Shown here: positions 51,054 to 62,647 of the stretch, piece by piece
How the letters are laid out: every line of letters starts with the position of its first letter
Position numbering within the stretch: the stretch's first letter is position 1
DNA from: Octopus bimaculoides
Taxonomy: Eukaryota
Length of the DNA stretch: 64,000 nucleotides
Reading direction: 5' to 3'
Assembly (NCBI RefSeq): GCF_001194135.2
Contig: NC_068981.1
Coordinates: forward strand, 33,709,646-33,773,645
The notes under the pieces: model-generated
Databases searched by the model: none
The model's input: the letters and a program-made list of their open reading frames with translations, nothing else
Told to the model about the DNA's origin: nothing
Made by a program: the position numbers and the translations under genes

Positions 51054-51300
51054 GTAAGTTAATGTTTTACTTTATTCCTTTCATTCTTACCCATGATGCA
51101 AGTATATTTTAAACCAGGTTTCCTCTTTGAGGACATCCTAAATGATGTTTCCTCTCCCCTCTCTTCACCAGTCTCAGATCCCTGCAAAAAACATCACAGA
51201 TGTTGCTCTATATCCATTGACCAAAACCATAAATGATTATAATTTTCTCCATAGCACAACATTAAAGAAATTAACCAAATTTAGCATATGCCTTTTTTAT

Positions 51301-51531
51301 CATCATCGTTTAACGTCCACTTTCCATGCTAGCATGGGTTGGACGATTTGATTGAGTACTGGCGAACCGGATGGCTGCACCAGGCTCCAATCTGATCTGG
51401 TAGTTTCTACAGCTGGATGCCCTTCTGTAGAAACTCTGCCAGATCAGATTGGAGCCTGGTGCAGCCATCCGGTTTGCCAGTCCTCAGTCAAATCATCCAA
51501 CCTATGCTAGCATGGAAAGCGGACGATGATG
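51301..51531. repeat. Fold-back of SINE family B 3' half
   Basis: Arms 51301-51412 and 51425-51531, 12-nt loop, a few substitutions and two small indels. Confidence 0.9.
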
Positions 51532-51597
51532 TTGATATATCTTTACAATTGCTTAGTAAAAATATTGTGCTCTAGAGCCAAATGTGTGCTTTTAGGG

Positions 51598-51825
51598 CAG
51601 CGTTTCTCAACCATTTTTTTTTACTTGTGGATCCCTTTGTTTCCTATCTTATTCAGATGGACCCTTCTAACCATTCAATGTAAAAAAAACTCCTATTTTT
51701 ATAATTAAATATTGTTAGGAATTGTCTAAAAACAATCGTGAGAATATTTTGTGTATTGTAGAAGTATAACCTATTACATGTAAATTTCAACAAAATCTTA
51801 TATGAACCCTGGTTGAGAACCATTG
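51598..51825. mobile_element. hAT (Charlie-like) MITE
   Basis: CAGCGTTTCTCAACC...GGTTGAGAACCATTG ends; degenerate 8-bp flanks TTTTAGGG / TTCTTGGG. Confidence 0.65.
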
Positions 51826-52367
51826 TTCTTGGGAATCGAACCCATCACATGATGTTTCCATTATGCCTTATTGCTTTAGGGAAAGAGGAACAACACTTTT
51901 TGTATGTCTGATCCTCCAAAATACAAGGCTTTTGTGTTTCATCAAAAATGAAATTAATATCTGTTTATTGAAATGTTGCTGCACACTAAAAACTTTAATT
52001 TCAAATTGTGTGCTTCAAGCAATTCCAACTGTGGAAGGGAAGTTCTAGTTTTTGTTAATTTTTATCAATAGGAGTTTAATTCATTGCAAGTTAATGAAAC
52101 ATTTGTTAATTATACATATTTGAACTGTGCAGTCTATGACATCATCCACTGTTACATGGATTGGATCACTCTGTTATAGACATATTGGTAAAAGTATGAA
52201 CAGCACCACAACCTATCATCTAGCTGCAATTTTGTTTAATTTATCAGGTTTTAACAGGAAATGATTCTCCCACTAAAGATACATATGTATTTCTAATATT
52301 TTCTTAATAAAATTATATTTTATACAAAGTTTTCTATGAAATCTATTCATGATTTTTACACTTTTAG

Positions 52368-52568
52368 CGTTTCGGTACTGCACTGGTGCCAACTGGCCAG
52401 TTAAATTTGAAGAATAACAAGTTTGCCACAGATTTCCGTCCAATTGATGAAAACTGTCCATGCAGCACCTGTAATGAATATAAATACACTCGGGCTTATT
52501 TACACACTATAGTTACTTATGAATCGGTTGCATGTCAGCTTTTAACAATACATAACATTGCATATCAG
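52368..52568 (+). CDS. QTRT1: QTRT1 coding exon 8 (zinc-binding CxCxxC...H)
   Basis: RFGTALVPTGQLNL...PIDENCPCSTC...LLTIHNIAYQ; TTTAG acceptor, CAG|GTATGT donor; 201 nt. Confidence 0.96.
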
Positions 52569-53122
52569 GTATGTTGGTTCAATGTATTTTTTAAAATTTA
52601 AAATTCTTAAATTTGTATTATTTGTTCTTATTAAGCCCTTCATTTCCTATTGGAGTATAGACTAATAACTTCTCTTCACTGTTCTCAACTCTGGGTTGTC
52701 TCTTCTACTTCTCTTTAGTCAGATTCCTGCTTTGTGGCTTTGCAGCTTCTTGTAGGAAGGCTGTCCTCTCCCAGATCTTGTTGGTTTTGAACTGTCTTCA
52801 ATTCTCCTGTAATGTTGCTTCTTCCTTTATATGGGTGTTGGCCGTATATAAACCTATTTTTACTTCTGGGAAGAGGAGGTGCTCCATATTAGTCTAGCCT
52901 CTATCCTTTGACCTGTCCGGCAAAGGGAAATCCCTACCAAGTGCTTGCACTCCTGGAAAAGTTCCCAGGATCATTGAGACACACAAGCCATTACATCACC
53001 ACAAAGACTGGACCTTTTGATGTATTATTTGATCTATATCACTTAAAATATTTTTAAAACTTCTAATTTAGTAAATTGCTGTGAAATGTTAATCTTTTAA
53101 ATTAAATATTTATCTTTTCCAG

Positions 53123-53278
53123 TTAAATCTGATGCTGTCGATACACAAAAGTATTAAACAAGATAAATTTCCAGAATTCATCAAAGACTTTTTTAAGAAA
53201 TTATATCCTGGAGAAAATTACCCTAAATGGGCTGAAGAAAGTCTTTCAAGTGTTAATGTACATCTCAGGGAACGTTGA
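53123..53278 (+). CDS. QTRT1: QTRT1 terminal coding exon 9
   Basis: LNLMLSIHKSIKQDKFPEFIKDFFKKLYPGENYPKWAEESLSSVNVHLRER-stop (TGA 53276-53278); TTCCAG acceptor; assembled protein is 405 aa with no internal stops. Confidence 0.94.
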   Translation, partial: LNLMLSIHKSIKQDKFPEFIKDFFKKLYPGENYPKWAEESLSSVNVHLRER

Positions 53279-53690
53279 CAACTCTTTCTACGACTGCATC
53301 CCCCTCTATCCATATGCCATTTTTGTTACCAACACTCACCTATTTCCAAGGAAGGTAATACTTCCCCACAACCAGACATTTTCCAAGAAGATTATAACCA
53401 AAGGACACTAAATGTATGATTCCTATTTACATCTATTGTGACAAAGAGATACACACACACAGAGTTATACATACATATACATGACAAGCTTCTTTCAGTT
53501 TCCAAGTTAGTAGGGTGTATTTTGAGTGGGTTTTGTTGCTATTTCTAACAAGTTTAGTGACTGCAAAGAGGCTTCCTCATTGGTTAAGTAAGATTACTTT
53601 GGCTGTAGTGCATTGTCAGTAACAGCAAGATTCTCTGGTTTGTAGTCACTCCCATTTAGCTGTGATTATCTTCATCTAAGTAAATTAATA

Positions 53691-53730
53691 ATTAAAATAC
53701 AATAAAAAGACACAATTCCACATTTTTATT
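53691..53730. terminator. Opposed polyadenylation signals of QTRT1 (+) and WDR46 (-)
   Basis: + strand ATTAAA 53691-53696 and AATAAA 53701-53706; - strand AATAAA 53730-53725 overlapping the WDR46 stop codon. Confidence 0.55.
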
Positions 53731-53899
53731 TTTTTAAATATTTCTTTCTCCATTCTTTTTCCTTTTGCTCCATCATTTCCTCTTTGCGTGTTTTCCTTTT
53801 ACTTTCTTCTTTGATGGCTTTCGTCTTTCTAATCACTTTATCAGTTTTCTTGCTATGTTTCGTGTTTTGCTTTAATTTGACAACAGATTTTCCTGGAGC
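53726..53899 (-). CDS. WDR46: WDR46 probable terminal coding exon (Lys/Glu-rich tail)
   Basis: Strong acceptor (T-run CCATTTCTAG), phase 0, open frame APGKSVVKLK...EQKEKEWRKKYLKK-stop (TAA 53728-53726); basic tail plausible for the family but weakly conserved. Confidence 0.7.
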   Translation of the reverse strand, partial: APGKSVVKLKQNTKHSKKTDKVIRKTKAIKEESKRKTRKEEMMEQKEKEWRKKYLKK

Positions 53900-54600
53900 C
53901 TAGAAATGGAAAAAAAAAAAAAATGCATATAATAGTAATAGTAATAATAATTTCTACACAGGCACAAAGTAGTGCCAACCGCAGCAGCAGCACCACCACC
54001 AACAACAGTAATAATATGTAATGAACTTATTGTATACAGTGCTCAGGTGCACTACAGCTCATTAGGAAAAGTAGCCAAGTATGTATGAAGAGAACAGAAT
54101 AATGCACAGAAAGTGAACAATAAATGAGTCATTTAAGAAAGAAAAGAAGAGTGGGAGGGATCAGGTGTACTGGTAGAAAATTTCAAGAATATAACTTTCT
54201 AGCTTTGGAAAGTGAGATCTCAGGAAATGGATGCAGTGCAGAATACTGTCTAGTTGGTTCAGCAAGAATTATTCAGAAAGTCCTCAGTGCAAAGTAAAAA
54301 CTTAAATAGAAGGAAGAATGCTTCTCAATGCTAAACCATGGGTTGTGGTCTTGTAGGAAGTATAATGAAACTGGTTATATCATCAATACTACAATACCAC
54401 AACAATTTAATCATCATGCATGGGTGGGAGCAGGTATGGCTTTGTGGTTAAGAAACTCGAAACCCAATTGTGTGGTTTCAGGTTCAGCCCCACTGCATCA
54501 CAGCTGGGCAAGTGTCTTCTATTATATAGTCCTGGGCTGACTAAAACCTTGAGTGGATTTGATAAACAGAAACAGAAAGAAATCTGTTGTGTGTGAGTAG

Positions 54601-54633
<33 letters not shown>

Positions 54634-54662
54634 AGAATGAGAGATAGTAAAAAATACAATTA

Positions 54663-54797
54663 TAATTAAGGGCATAGAAAAGACTATGCCTAAGCTGAAA
54701 ATAGACACCAGTTCTGTAAAAGTGATAATTTTTAAGTGGTTTGATGATTTAGCATCTATTTTCAGCATAGGCATAGTCTCTTCTATGCTCTTAATTA
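54663..54797. repeat. 43-bp-arm inverted repeat in the last WDR46 intron
   Basis: 54663-54705 vs 54755-54797: 40/43 Watson-Crick. Confidence 0.9.
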
Positions 54798-56542
54798 GGT
54801 CTTAACTATGCTCTTAACTAGGTCTATATTATATGCTGGCCACTGATAAAATCTTTAACAGTTTTATCCTTTATTATTATTATCGGAATCATCATCATCA
54901 TCATCATGATGACGGAAGTAAACAAAGGAATATATTTTGATTAAAAATACACTTTAATAAATACGTGATTAATAACTTGGACAGTGTTCCAATACCTAAT
55001 ACATTCTTCAAGTTTCAGAAAAATTCTCTTTTTCATATCACATTGATTTCTAATGTAAGCACAAAACCACACATTTCACCGGTGGCCAGAAGAGCGAAAA
55101 ATAATGAGATCGCAGGATGATTAGAAATGCGAACATTAAAGGGACGTAACTGCAAACTATAAGGCATTTTGTGTAACACTCGATCTTGTCACTAACCACC
55201 CCTATATCTCCATATACCTAAAGCAAAACATAGTAGCCACAACTTGAGGGACAATTAAAAAGAAACAATAAGAACACACACTAACATATGGACAGATACA
55301 TAGTGTGTGTGTGTAAGACATTTCATTTACAAGTATATCGTGACTAGATGGTTCAGAGACCAACTCACAACCAGTGCATTGTGTCTATGATGACACAATA
55401 GTGACTGGAGGAAAATAGACCTGTCATGCCATTTCATTAAATTACATTACAGTAAATGTAATTTATTTTTCATACTTAAAAAAGCAATTATCTACCATAT
55501 TTGATGGCATAAAAGACATGCAGGCATATTAGGTGCACTCCAATTTCAGCAGCACATCATTGCCGTTATCATCGTTTAACGTCCGCTTTCCATGCTAGCA
55601 TGAGTTGGACGACTTGACTGAGGACTGGTGAAACCGGATGGCAACACCAGGCTCCAATCTAAATTTGGCAGAGTTTCTACAGCTGGATGCCCTTCCTAAC
55701 GCCAACCACTCAGAGAGTGTAGTAGGTGCTTTTATGTGTCACCTGCACGAAGGCCAATCAGGCGATACTGGCAACGGCCACGCTCGGAATGGTGTCCAAG
55801 GACAAAATTTGCTTAAGGGCAGCCAAACTTCACACAAAGGACTCTGGGTGATTTTTCTGAGACATTTTGTTGGAAAAAAAAAATGCAATCAAATATAATA
55901 CCTTCACTTAAAATCAACTCTGATTTTCTTCCTTTATTTTTCAAAGATAGAATGATTGATTTGAAAATAAAAGCATAATTTATAAATGCTTGAAATCTTC
56001 CATGGTAGCTGTACCATTTGCAACCTGTATTGTATAAGATTGAGTTGGCAGAGATATATTTCAAAACATAAAACTGTGAGTGAAAACTACTAAACCCTGA
56101 AGCTAATCATCGTTTAATGGCCGCTTTCCATGCTAGCATGGGTTGGACGATTTGACTGAGGACTGGCAAGCCAGAAGGCTGCACCAGGCTCCAATCTGAG
56201 CTGGCAGAATTTCTACAGCTGGATACCCTTTCTAATGCCAACCACTCCAAGAGTGTAGTGGGTGCTTTTACGTGCCACTGGCACGAGGGCCAGTCACACA
56301 GTACTGGCAATGGCCTCGCTCAAAAGGTGTTTTTTACGTGCTACCAGCGGCACTGGCAACAACCTCGCTCGAATGATTTTCTAACGTGCCGCCAGCACAA
56401 GTGCTAGAAGGCGACGCTGGTAACGATTACGCTCAAATGGTGCTATTTACGGGCTACTAGCACGGAAGCCAGACAGCTGCTCTGGCAAACAAAATTCATA
56501 AAAGTCAATCAAAATACGGTAATATATGAATAGCACACGTAC

Positions 56543-56644
56543 TCCAAAGGTTTGTTTATTTTTTTCTTCCATGTTGCTAGAAATCCTTTCATAATTTGGT
56601 TGAAGTATCCTTCGATTATCCAGACTTATCATATCAGGTTGAAT
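56543..56644 (-). CDS. WDR46: WDR46 exon
   Basis: IQPDMISLDNRRILQPNYERISSNMEEKNKQTFG (IQPxMIxLD follows LLDK in Utp7/WDR46); CATAG acceptor, GGA|GTACGT donor; 102 nt. Confidence 0.85.
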
Positions 56645-56870
56645 CTATGGAAAACAAGACAAAAATATTTCAATATCATTTGTGGATAATTCAAATAATA
56701 CATGAAAGGCTACTTCAGAGATGGTTAATTTAAGAATATAATGTCAAGAGTATAAAATTAAATTAATTAAAATTACTTGTAGTTTAAAAATAACATTCTT
56801 TGTATAGTAATGTCAAGATAAATATAAGAAAATAATTATTGAAAAATCAGATATTCTGGGAAATATTTAC

Positions 56871-56965
56871 CTTATCAAGCAACATTTTCACTTCTGTTTC
56901 TCGACGTTGTTCTTTGGATTGATATGGATTTGCTTCAAGAGCATCAAAACATGGCTCACCAGAAC
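56871..56965 (-). CDS. WDR46: WDR46 exon (BING4CT-type region)
   Basis: [32 protein letters not shown] resembles GxGEPNFDxxExNPY...RxExEVxxLLxK; donor AAG|GTAAAT; 95 nt. Confidence 0.94.
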
Positions 56966-57003
56966 CTAAAAGAAACAAATGCACAGAATAGTGAGATATC
57001 ATT

Positions 57004-57727
57004 TTAACTCTCTTTACTCTTTTACTTGTTTCAGTCATTTGACTGCAGCCATGCTGGAGCACCGCCTTTAGTCGAGCAAATCGACCCCAGGACTTATTCT
57101 TTGGAAGCCTAGTACTTATTCTATTGGTCTCTTTTGCTGAACCGCTATGTTACGGGGACATAAACACACCAGCATCTGTTGTGAAGTGATGGTGGGGGGA
57201 CAAACACACACACACATATATATATATATATACACACACACACATATATATATCATCATCATCATCATCATCGTTTAACGTCCGCTTTCCATGCTAGCAT
57301 GGGNNNNNNNNNNNNNNNNNNNNNNNNNNNNNNNNNNNNNNNNNNNNNNNNNNNNNNNNNNNNNNNNNNNNNNNNNNNNNNNNNNNNNNNNNNNNNNNNN
57401 NNNNNNNNNNNNNNNNNNNNNNNNNNNNNNNNNNNNNNNNNNNNNNNNNNNNNNNNNNNNNNNNNNNNNNNNNNNNNNNNNNNNNNNNNNNNNNNNNNNN
57501 NNNNNNNNNNNNNNNNNNNNNNNNNNATATATATATATATATACACACACACACATATATACGATGGTCTTCTTTCAGTTTCCGTCTACCAAATCCACTC
57601 ACTCACAAGGCTTTGGTCAGCCCGAGGCTATAGTAGAAGACACTTGCCCAAGGTGTCACGCAGTGGGACTGAACCCGGAACCATGTGGTTGGTAAGCAAG
57701 CTACTTACCACACAGCCACTCCTGCGC
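57004..57727 (-). mobile_element. SINE family A copy with a family B SINE nested in its internal microsatellite (partly in N-gap)
   Basis: A tail 57004-57210, B tail 57250-57303, gap, A head 57550-57727; similar (TA)n(CA)n flanks on both sides of the insert. Confidence 0.8.
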
Positions 57728-57924
57728 CTATTTAGTTTTCCATGCTTGTAGAGATCAGATGACAGTATGTTTTTTTTTTTAACGCTCTACGTCTTTAAAG
57801 GGATCCTGCCTGGATAAAATACTGCAGCCTAAAAGCGATGAGGTTTAAATTACAGAGCTGTTCCTTGCAAAAAAATATATTAAACTGTGTGCTAAATAAA
57901 TTGATAATAGATGAATTTACTCAC

Positions 57925-58072
57925 CAGGAATAAGCAGACTCTGAAATCCTTTTTCATAGCCAACACCAAGTACATCTTCATAAGGACAGAATTTTGTACT
58001 GTGCACTCTTCCAGACAATTTATGAAATAAGTATGGACTGCTTACTGTTCGAGAACAGCAGTTATCAAATAT
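57925..58072 (-). CDS. WDR46: WDR46 exon
   Basis: IFDNCCSRTVSSPYLFHKLSGRVHSTKFCPYEDVLGVGYEKGFQSLLIP-G (FCPxEDVLGVG motif); donor G|GTGAGT; 148 nt. Confidence 0.93.
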
Positions 58073-58716
58073 CTAAAAACACAATTTGAAGACATTAAAC
58101 ATATTGTATACCTTTACAAAACAATCATCATCATCGTTTAACGTCCGCCTTCTATGCTTGCATGGGTTGGACGATTTGACTGAGGACTGGTGAACCAGAT
58201 GGCTACACCAGGCTCCAATCTGATTTAGCAGAGTTTCTACAGCTGGATGCCCTTCCTAACGCCAACCACTCAGAGAGTGTAGTGGGTACTTTTACGTGGC
58301 ACGAAGGCCAGTCAGGTGGTACTGGCAACGACCACGCTCAAAGTGGTGTATTTTATGTGCCACCTGCACACGAGCCAGTCCGGCGGCACTGGCAACGATT
58401 AAAGAAATTTAAAAATTTAAAAAAATGCAGTTATCCATATTTGTTCAAGGTCTTTATGTTCTACAGGTTCTAAGTTCAAATCTTGTCATGACTCACATGA
58501 GTAGTAGACTTAATACATTGCACAGTTTAATATTAGACATAATGACCTGGCACCTTGGGTGCCTTTAGCAGAGACCAGTCTGTTGCAAGCATTGAAACCA
58601 GGTCTCTGGTTTGAGGATACCTTCCTCCTTCACACTAGTCTTGGAGGCCCTGAAAAAATGTCATGAGCACTACCCACCCCCACCTCCCGATTTAAAAATA
58701 AAAACCACAACCTAAC

Positions 58717-58870
58717 CTGTACGACATTGCCAACGCCAGCTGCAAGCATATCACGTTGACTGAAAGACAAACAATTGGCACCACTATCTATTCTGTAAGA
58801 CTGTAACATTTGGTAGGTACGAAGATCCCATATTTTCATATGACTGTCATCTCCAGATGTAGCTAGGTAT
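58717..58870 (-). CDS. WDR46: WDR46 exon (WD40 repeat)
   Basis: YLATSGDDSHMKIWDLRTYQMLQSYRIDSGANCLSFSQRDMLAAGVGNVVQ; poly-T ATAG acceptor, CAG|GTTAGG donor; 154 nt. Confidence 0.93.
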
Positions 58871-59627
58871 CTATAAAAAAAAAATGATTATTTTGTAAAT
58901 ATACATTTTTAAAAAAATACTTTAAGGAAATAAATGATAGAAAATTTTTCAAAGATATATAAATTAATTAATTTATCAGTGAAAGGTAAGAATTATTGTG
59001 GGTGAATAGGGATGTGAAAGAATATCATAGCAATAATTAATTAGTCCACCACAATGTCCTGTCTTTGTGATGTGGTGGCTTGACTGCCTCAATGACCCTG
59101 GGAATTATGCTGGCAGAGAATAAGCTTCAGATAGGAACTCCTATGCTGGACAGATCAAAGGACAGGCCAGACGAATATGGACCACTTTTTCTAAGAGTTA
59201 AAAATGGGTTTGCTTAAGACCAACAACCCTAACTAAAAAAAAGTAAAGTTACAGAAGAACTGATGACAATTCTAAACCATCAAGATCTGGGAGAAAGACA
59301 GCCCAGAGTTGAAAACAATAAAGAAATGTGGTCGATGGGCTATAATTCATAGGGAGTAAAGGGCTTAGGTGAAGTGAAAGCTATTAGTGAATGATACTTT
59401 AATCCTTTACAGAAAGTGTGTTACAAAACTGCCATGTATATAATTAACAAAAAATAAAGGAAATTAAATTCAGAAGTGTATATATAACTAAGATAGAAAG
59501 AATGTTTGCATCACACTGTTTATATTTCACTTACTACACAACTTTACATTATCAGTGAGGTAAAAAAAAAATGTAGTGAAGAAAGTTAATGACATTTGAA
59601 ACTAATTAACATTTTGGGACTTAAGAA

Positions 59628-59838
59628 GTTTATTACTGTTCTTATTATTTTAATATATCGCCATTGTCCGGAAATCTTTTGTCATGCATCTATGACCACT
59701 TCAGCAACACTTTTCATTTCTGTGTGTGTTCTTGCTTCACTTACTCCATTGAGTAAGTCGCTGAAGGGGGTCACAGGTGTGTGACGAAAGATTTCCAGAC
59801 AATAGACAGATGTTAAAATAATATGAACAGTAATAAAC
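59628..59838. repeat. About 81-bp-arm imperfect inverted repeat (MITE-like) in a WDR46 intron
   Basis: 59628-59708 vs 59757-59838: 14 substitutions plus 1 indel. Confidence 0.8.
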
Positions 59839-60348
59839 GAGACTTAAAAAGTGATATAAGGAAAATCAGTCAGATAAAAAAATGACTTGAAAATACTGAC
59901 GAGAATAGTCATAAATTAGTTATCACAGTTAAGATATGACACTAGAAAGTAATAAAATGTTCAAGTTGTTGTAAAATCAGTACAAAGAGGAATATTCAGA
60001 GCAATGGTTTTAATATCCAGGCCAGATCCAAAACCTGGATTTTTTTTTAGGGGCCACCCCAAAAATAGAAAACAAAAGACAAATAAAGAAGAATTTATAT
60101 TTATAGAGGGAAGACCATTGGGATCTGCTAGAAGGATGCTTGAGGGCTGCATGTGACCCTGGGAACCACTGTCGAGAACTGCTGATTTAGAGACTAGACA
60201 GCTAAGTTGGGTTAATAATTTGAACGATAAACTTATGAATTATACAGGTTCAAACATAGGCTGCGTGGTTAAGATGTTCACTCTGCAACCATGTGGTTCT
60301 TGGTTTGACCCCACTGACTGGAACTTTGGGTAAGTATTATGATTACAA

Positions 60349-60521
60349 GTAAGTTCACCGGCATCAATTCACCATGAACTTTAGAGTTTGAAAATAAGGA
60401 TTTTTTAATTCTTTCACTGTGAACTTATCTCTCTGTAAACTTTCGTTACAGCAAACTTTCCTCACAGTGATCATTTCTTATGGTGAACTTACCCTGCAGT
60501 GAACTGATGATGGTGAACTTA
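60349..60521. mobile_element. MITE-like element with GTAAGTTCACC terminal and subterminal inverted motifs
   Basis: GTAAGTTCACC at left; GGTGAACTTAC twice at right. Confidence 0.5.
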
Positions 60522-61574
60522 CATGAAGTTTTATAGTCCTGACTTGAACAATTTGCATTGAAAGTGGAATTTATCAGAAACTGTATGGAAGCCCATTGTA
60601 TATTTATCAAACTTATTCTAGCATGGGTTTGACAAATGAATGTTAACCCTTTAACATTCAGATTGCTCTGTCAAATGTAATACTTATTTATTCACATTGT
60701 TTTGAATTAATCCCAAATTACCTTGTAGCTTTCAGATTTCAATGCTGTTATTGTATATTTTTAGAATGACATTGTAGGATATGTGTAAGATGTCAGATCT
60801 TGACATTTTGAACATAAAACAGGGAAAATATTTGGGCTGGATATCATCATCATCATCGTTTAACATCCGCGTTCCATGCTAGCATGGGTTGGACGATTTG
60901 ACTGAGGACTGGTGAAACCAGATGGCTACACCAGGCTCCAATCTGATTTGGCAGAGTTTCTACAGCTGGATGCCCTTCCTAACACCAACCACTCAGAGAG
61001 TGTAGTGGGTGCTTTTACATGCCACCGGCATGAAGGCCAGTCAGGCGGTACTGGCAACGGCCACGCTCAAAATGGTGTATTTTATGTGCCACCCGCACAA
61101 GAGCCAGTCCAGGGGCACTGGCAACGATCTCGCTCGAAAATCCTTACACAAGCCACAGGCACAAGTGCTAGAAAGGCGACGCTGGGCACAGGTGCCATCC
61201 CGATTTCGCTTTCCCCAATAAGTCTTTGCAAGCTGAGTTTCGTGTCCAATGAAGGGGACGACGTTGGCATGGGTGCCAGTCGTTGAATTTAGTTCGGTTG
61301 GCTTTCTTTTGGATTATGGTCCAAGATTTATGTGTCTAGCGGCAGTGTCATCACAGACATAAGAGTAGGACTATTGTGTGTCTAACTTGAGCTTTAAAGA
61401 GGATCAGTAACTGATTGGAGATGAAGAAGCAGGCTAGTCTTTGGCAAACACCTTAATTACTTATGTATGTGGGAGTATGCCAGGAAAGTTCAGAGAAACT
61501 ATGTTATGTGTCTTTTCAAAAGAGAAGTACTTTTAGCACAATAAAGTGTAATAGGATTTTAAAAAGATACTTAC

Positions 61575-61674
61575 AAACCCTGTTGGTCCACAGCTATTGA
61601 CCGTACATTAGATTTATGGCACAACATTTTGACTAAATAATCTTTTGCATTAGGTGACCACAGTGTTACAGTTC
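61575..61674 (-). CDS. WDR46: WDR46 exon (missed by ORF track)
   Basis: GTVTLWSPNAKDYLVKMLCHKSNVRSIAVDQQG; TGCAG acceptor, TT|GTAAGT donor; 100 nt, phase-compatible on both sides. Confidence 0.92.
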
Positions 61675-62511
61675 CTGCAAGATTAATGTGAATCACAAAA
61701 CAAGAATTAAAACATAGGAACACAAATTGAAAATGTAGCATGAAAAGTGGATAAATACACTTTCTATTGTTAATTATGCAAGTATAAAGTCAGTCAGAAT
61801 CTGATGTCAGCCAAGCAGAAGTTATTTATGAAAGGTCAGAATACTATTGCTCTTGTATGATTTGAACTCATGATCCATGAGGTCAGTAAGCTAAAAAGTG
61901 CCTCATCATCAAAATCAGGTCATGACTGGAAAGAGTTAGCATAAATAAGGGGCTATTTAAATTTTTCACAAATGACTAAATGTCTTTCTTTCTCTGTTAC
62001 CAAATCAACCAATGACCCTGGTGGATTCTCAAGTGCTTTGTGTTTGTCATGGAACTTTCTAGAATAGAAAGAGTGGTATTTTTTATCGGGCACCATCTTG
62101 GCAGCTAGCTATAGAGAAATTTTTCACAATTGTTGGGACTCAGAGAGTAAAGAGCTAGAAATAGCATAAAGCATTTTGTTTGATGCTCTAACAATTCTGT
62201 CAGTCCATTGCTCTGGCCTGGTACTTGACCTTTCAGGGTCATTAAAATAAAATCAACCTGCATGGCGTCAATGTGTCTACTTTCATATTATTAGCTATGT
62301 TACATTGTTGATGACTAGATCTTTGGGTCCTCACACATCACATTTATGGCAAATAAATTCAGTTCACTGCTTCCAAACCAAAACTACTGTTTTCCAGTAA
62401 TTTTGCAAACACACAGGCAAAGACGAGTGATTACAATACCCTGCTTTCACTTATGTGTGCAAGGTAATTTAAAAAAAAAAAAAAAAGGGACTAAATAGTT
62501 TGAGCCCTTAC

Positions 62512-62647
62512 CATTTGAATGTCCGAGGTGTATAATAGCATTAGATGGATTCTGACACATAACATTTAAACGGCCCATATTAGTTCTGACAGCTGAAACT
62601 TTACTACCAATGGAGGTGTCCAGGTAGGACAAAAATCCTCTTGAATT
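62512..62647 (-). CDS. WDR46: WD repeat-containing protein 46 (UTP7 homolog), first exon visible in window
   Basis: [46 protein letters not shown] resembles the WDR46/Utp7 GFLxYLD...[15 protein letters not shown] segment; CCAG acceptor, G|GTAAGG donor; upstream exons lie outside the window. Confidence 0.92.
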
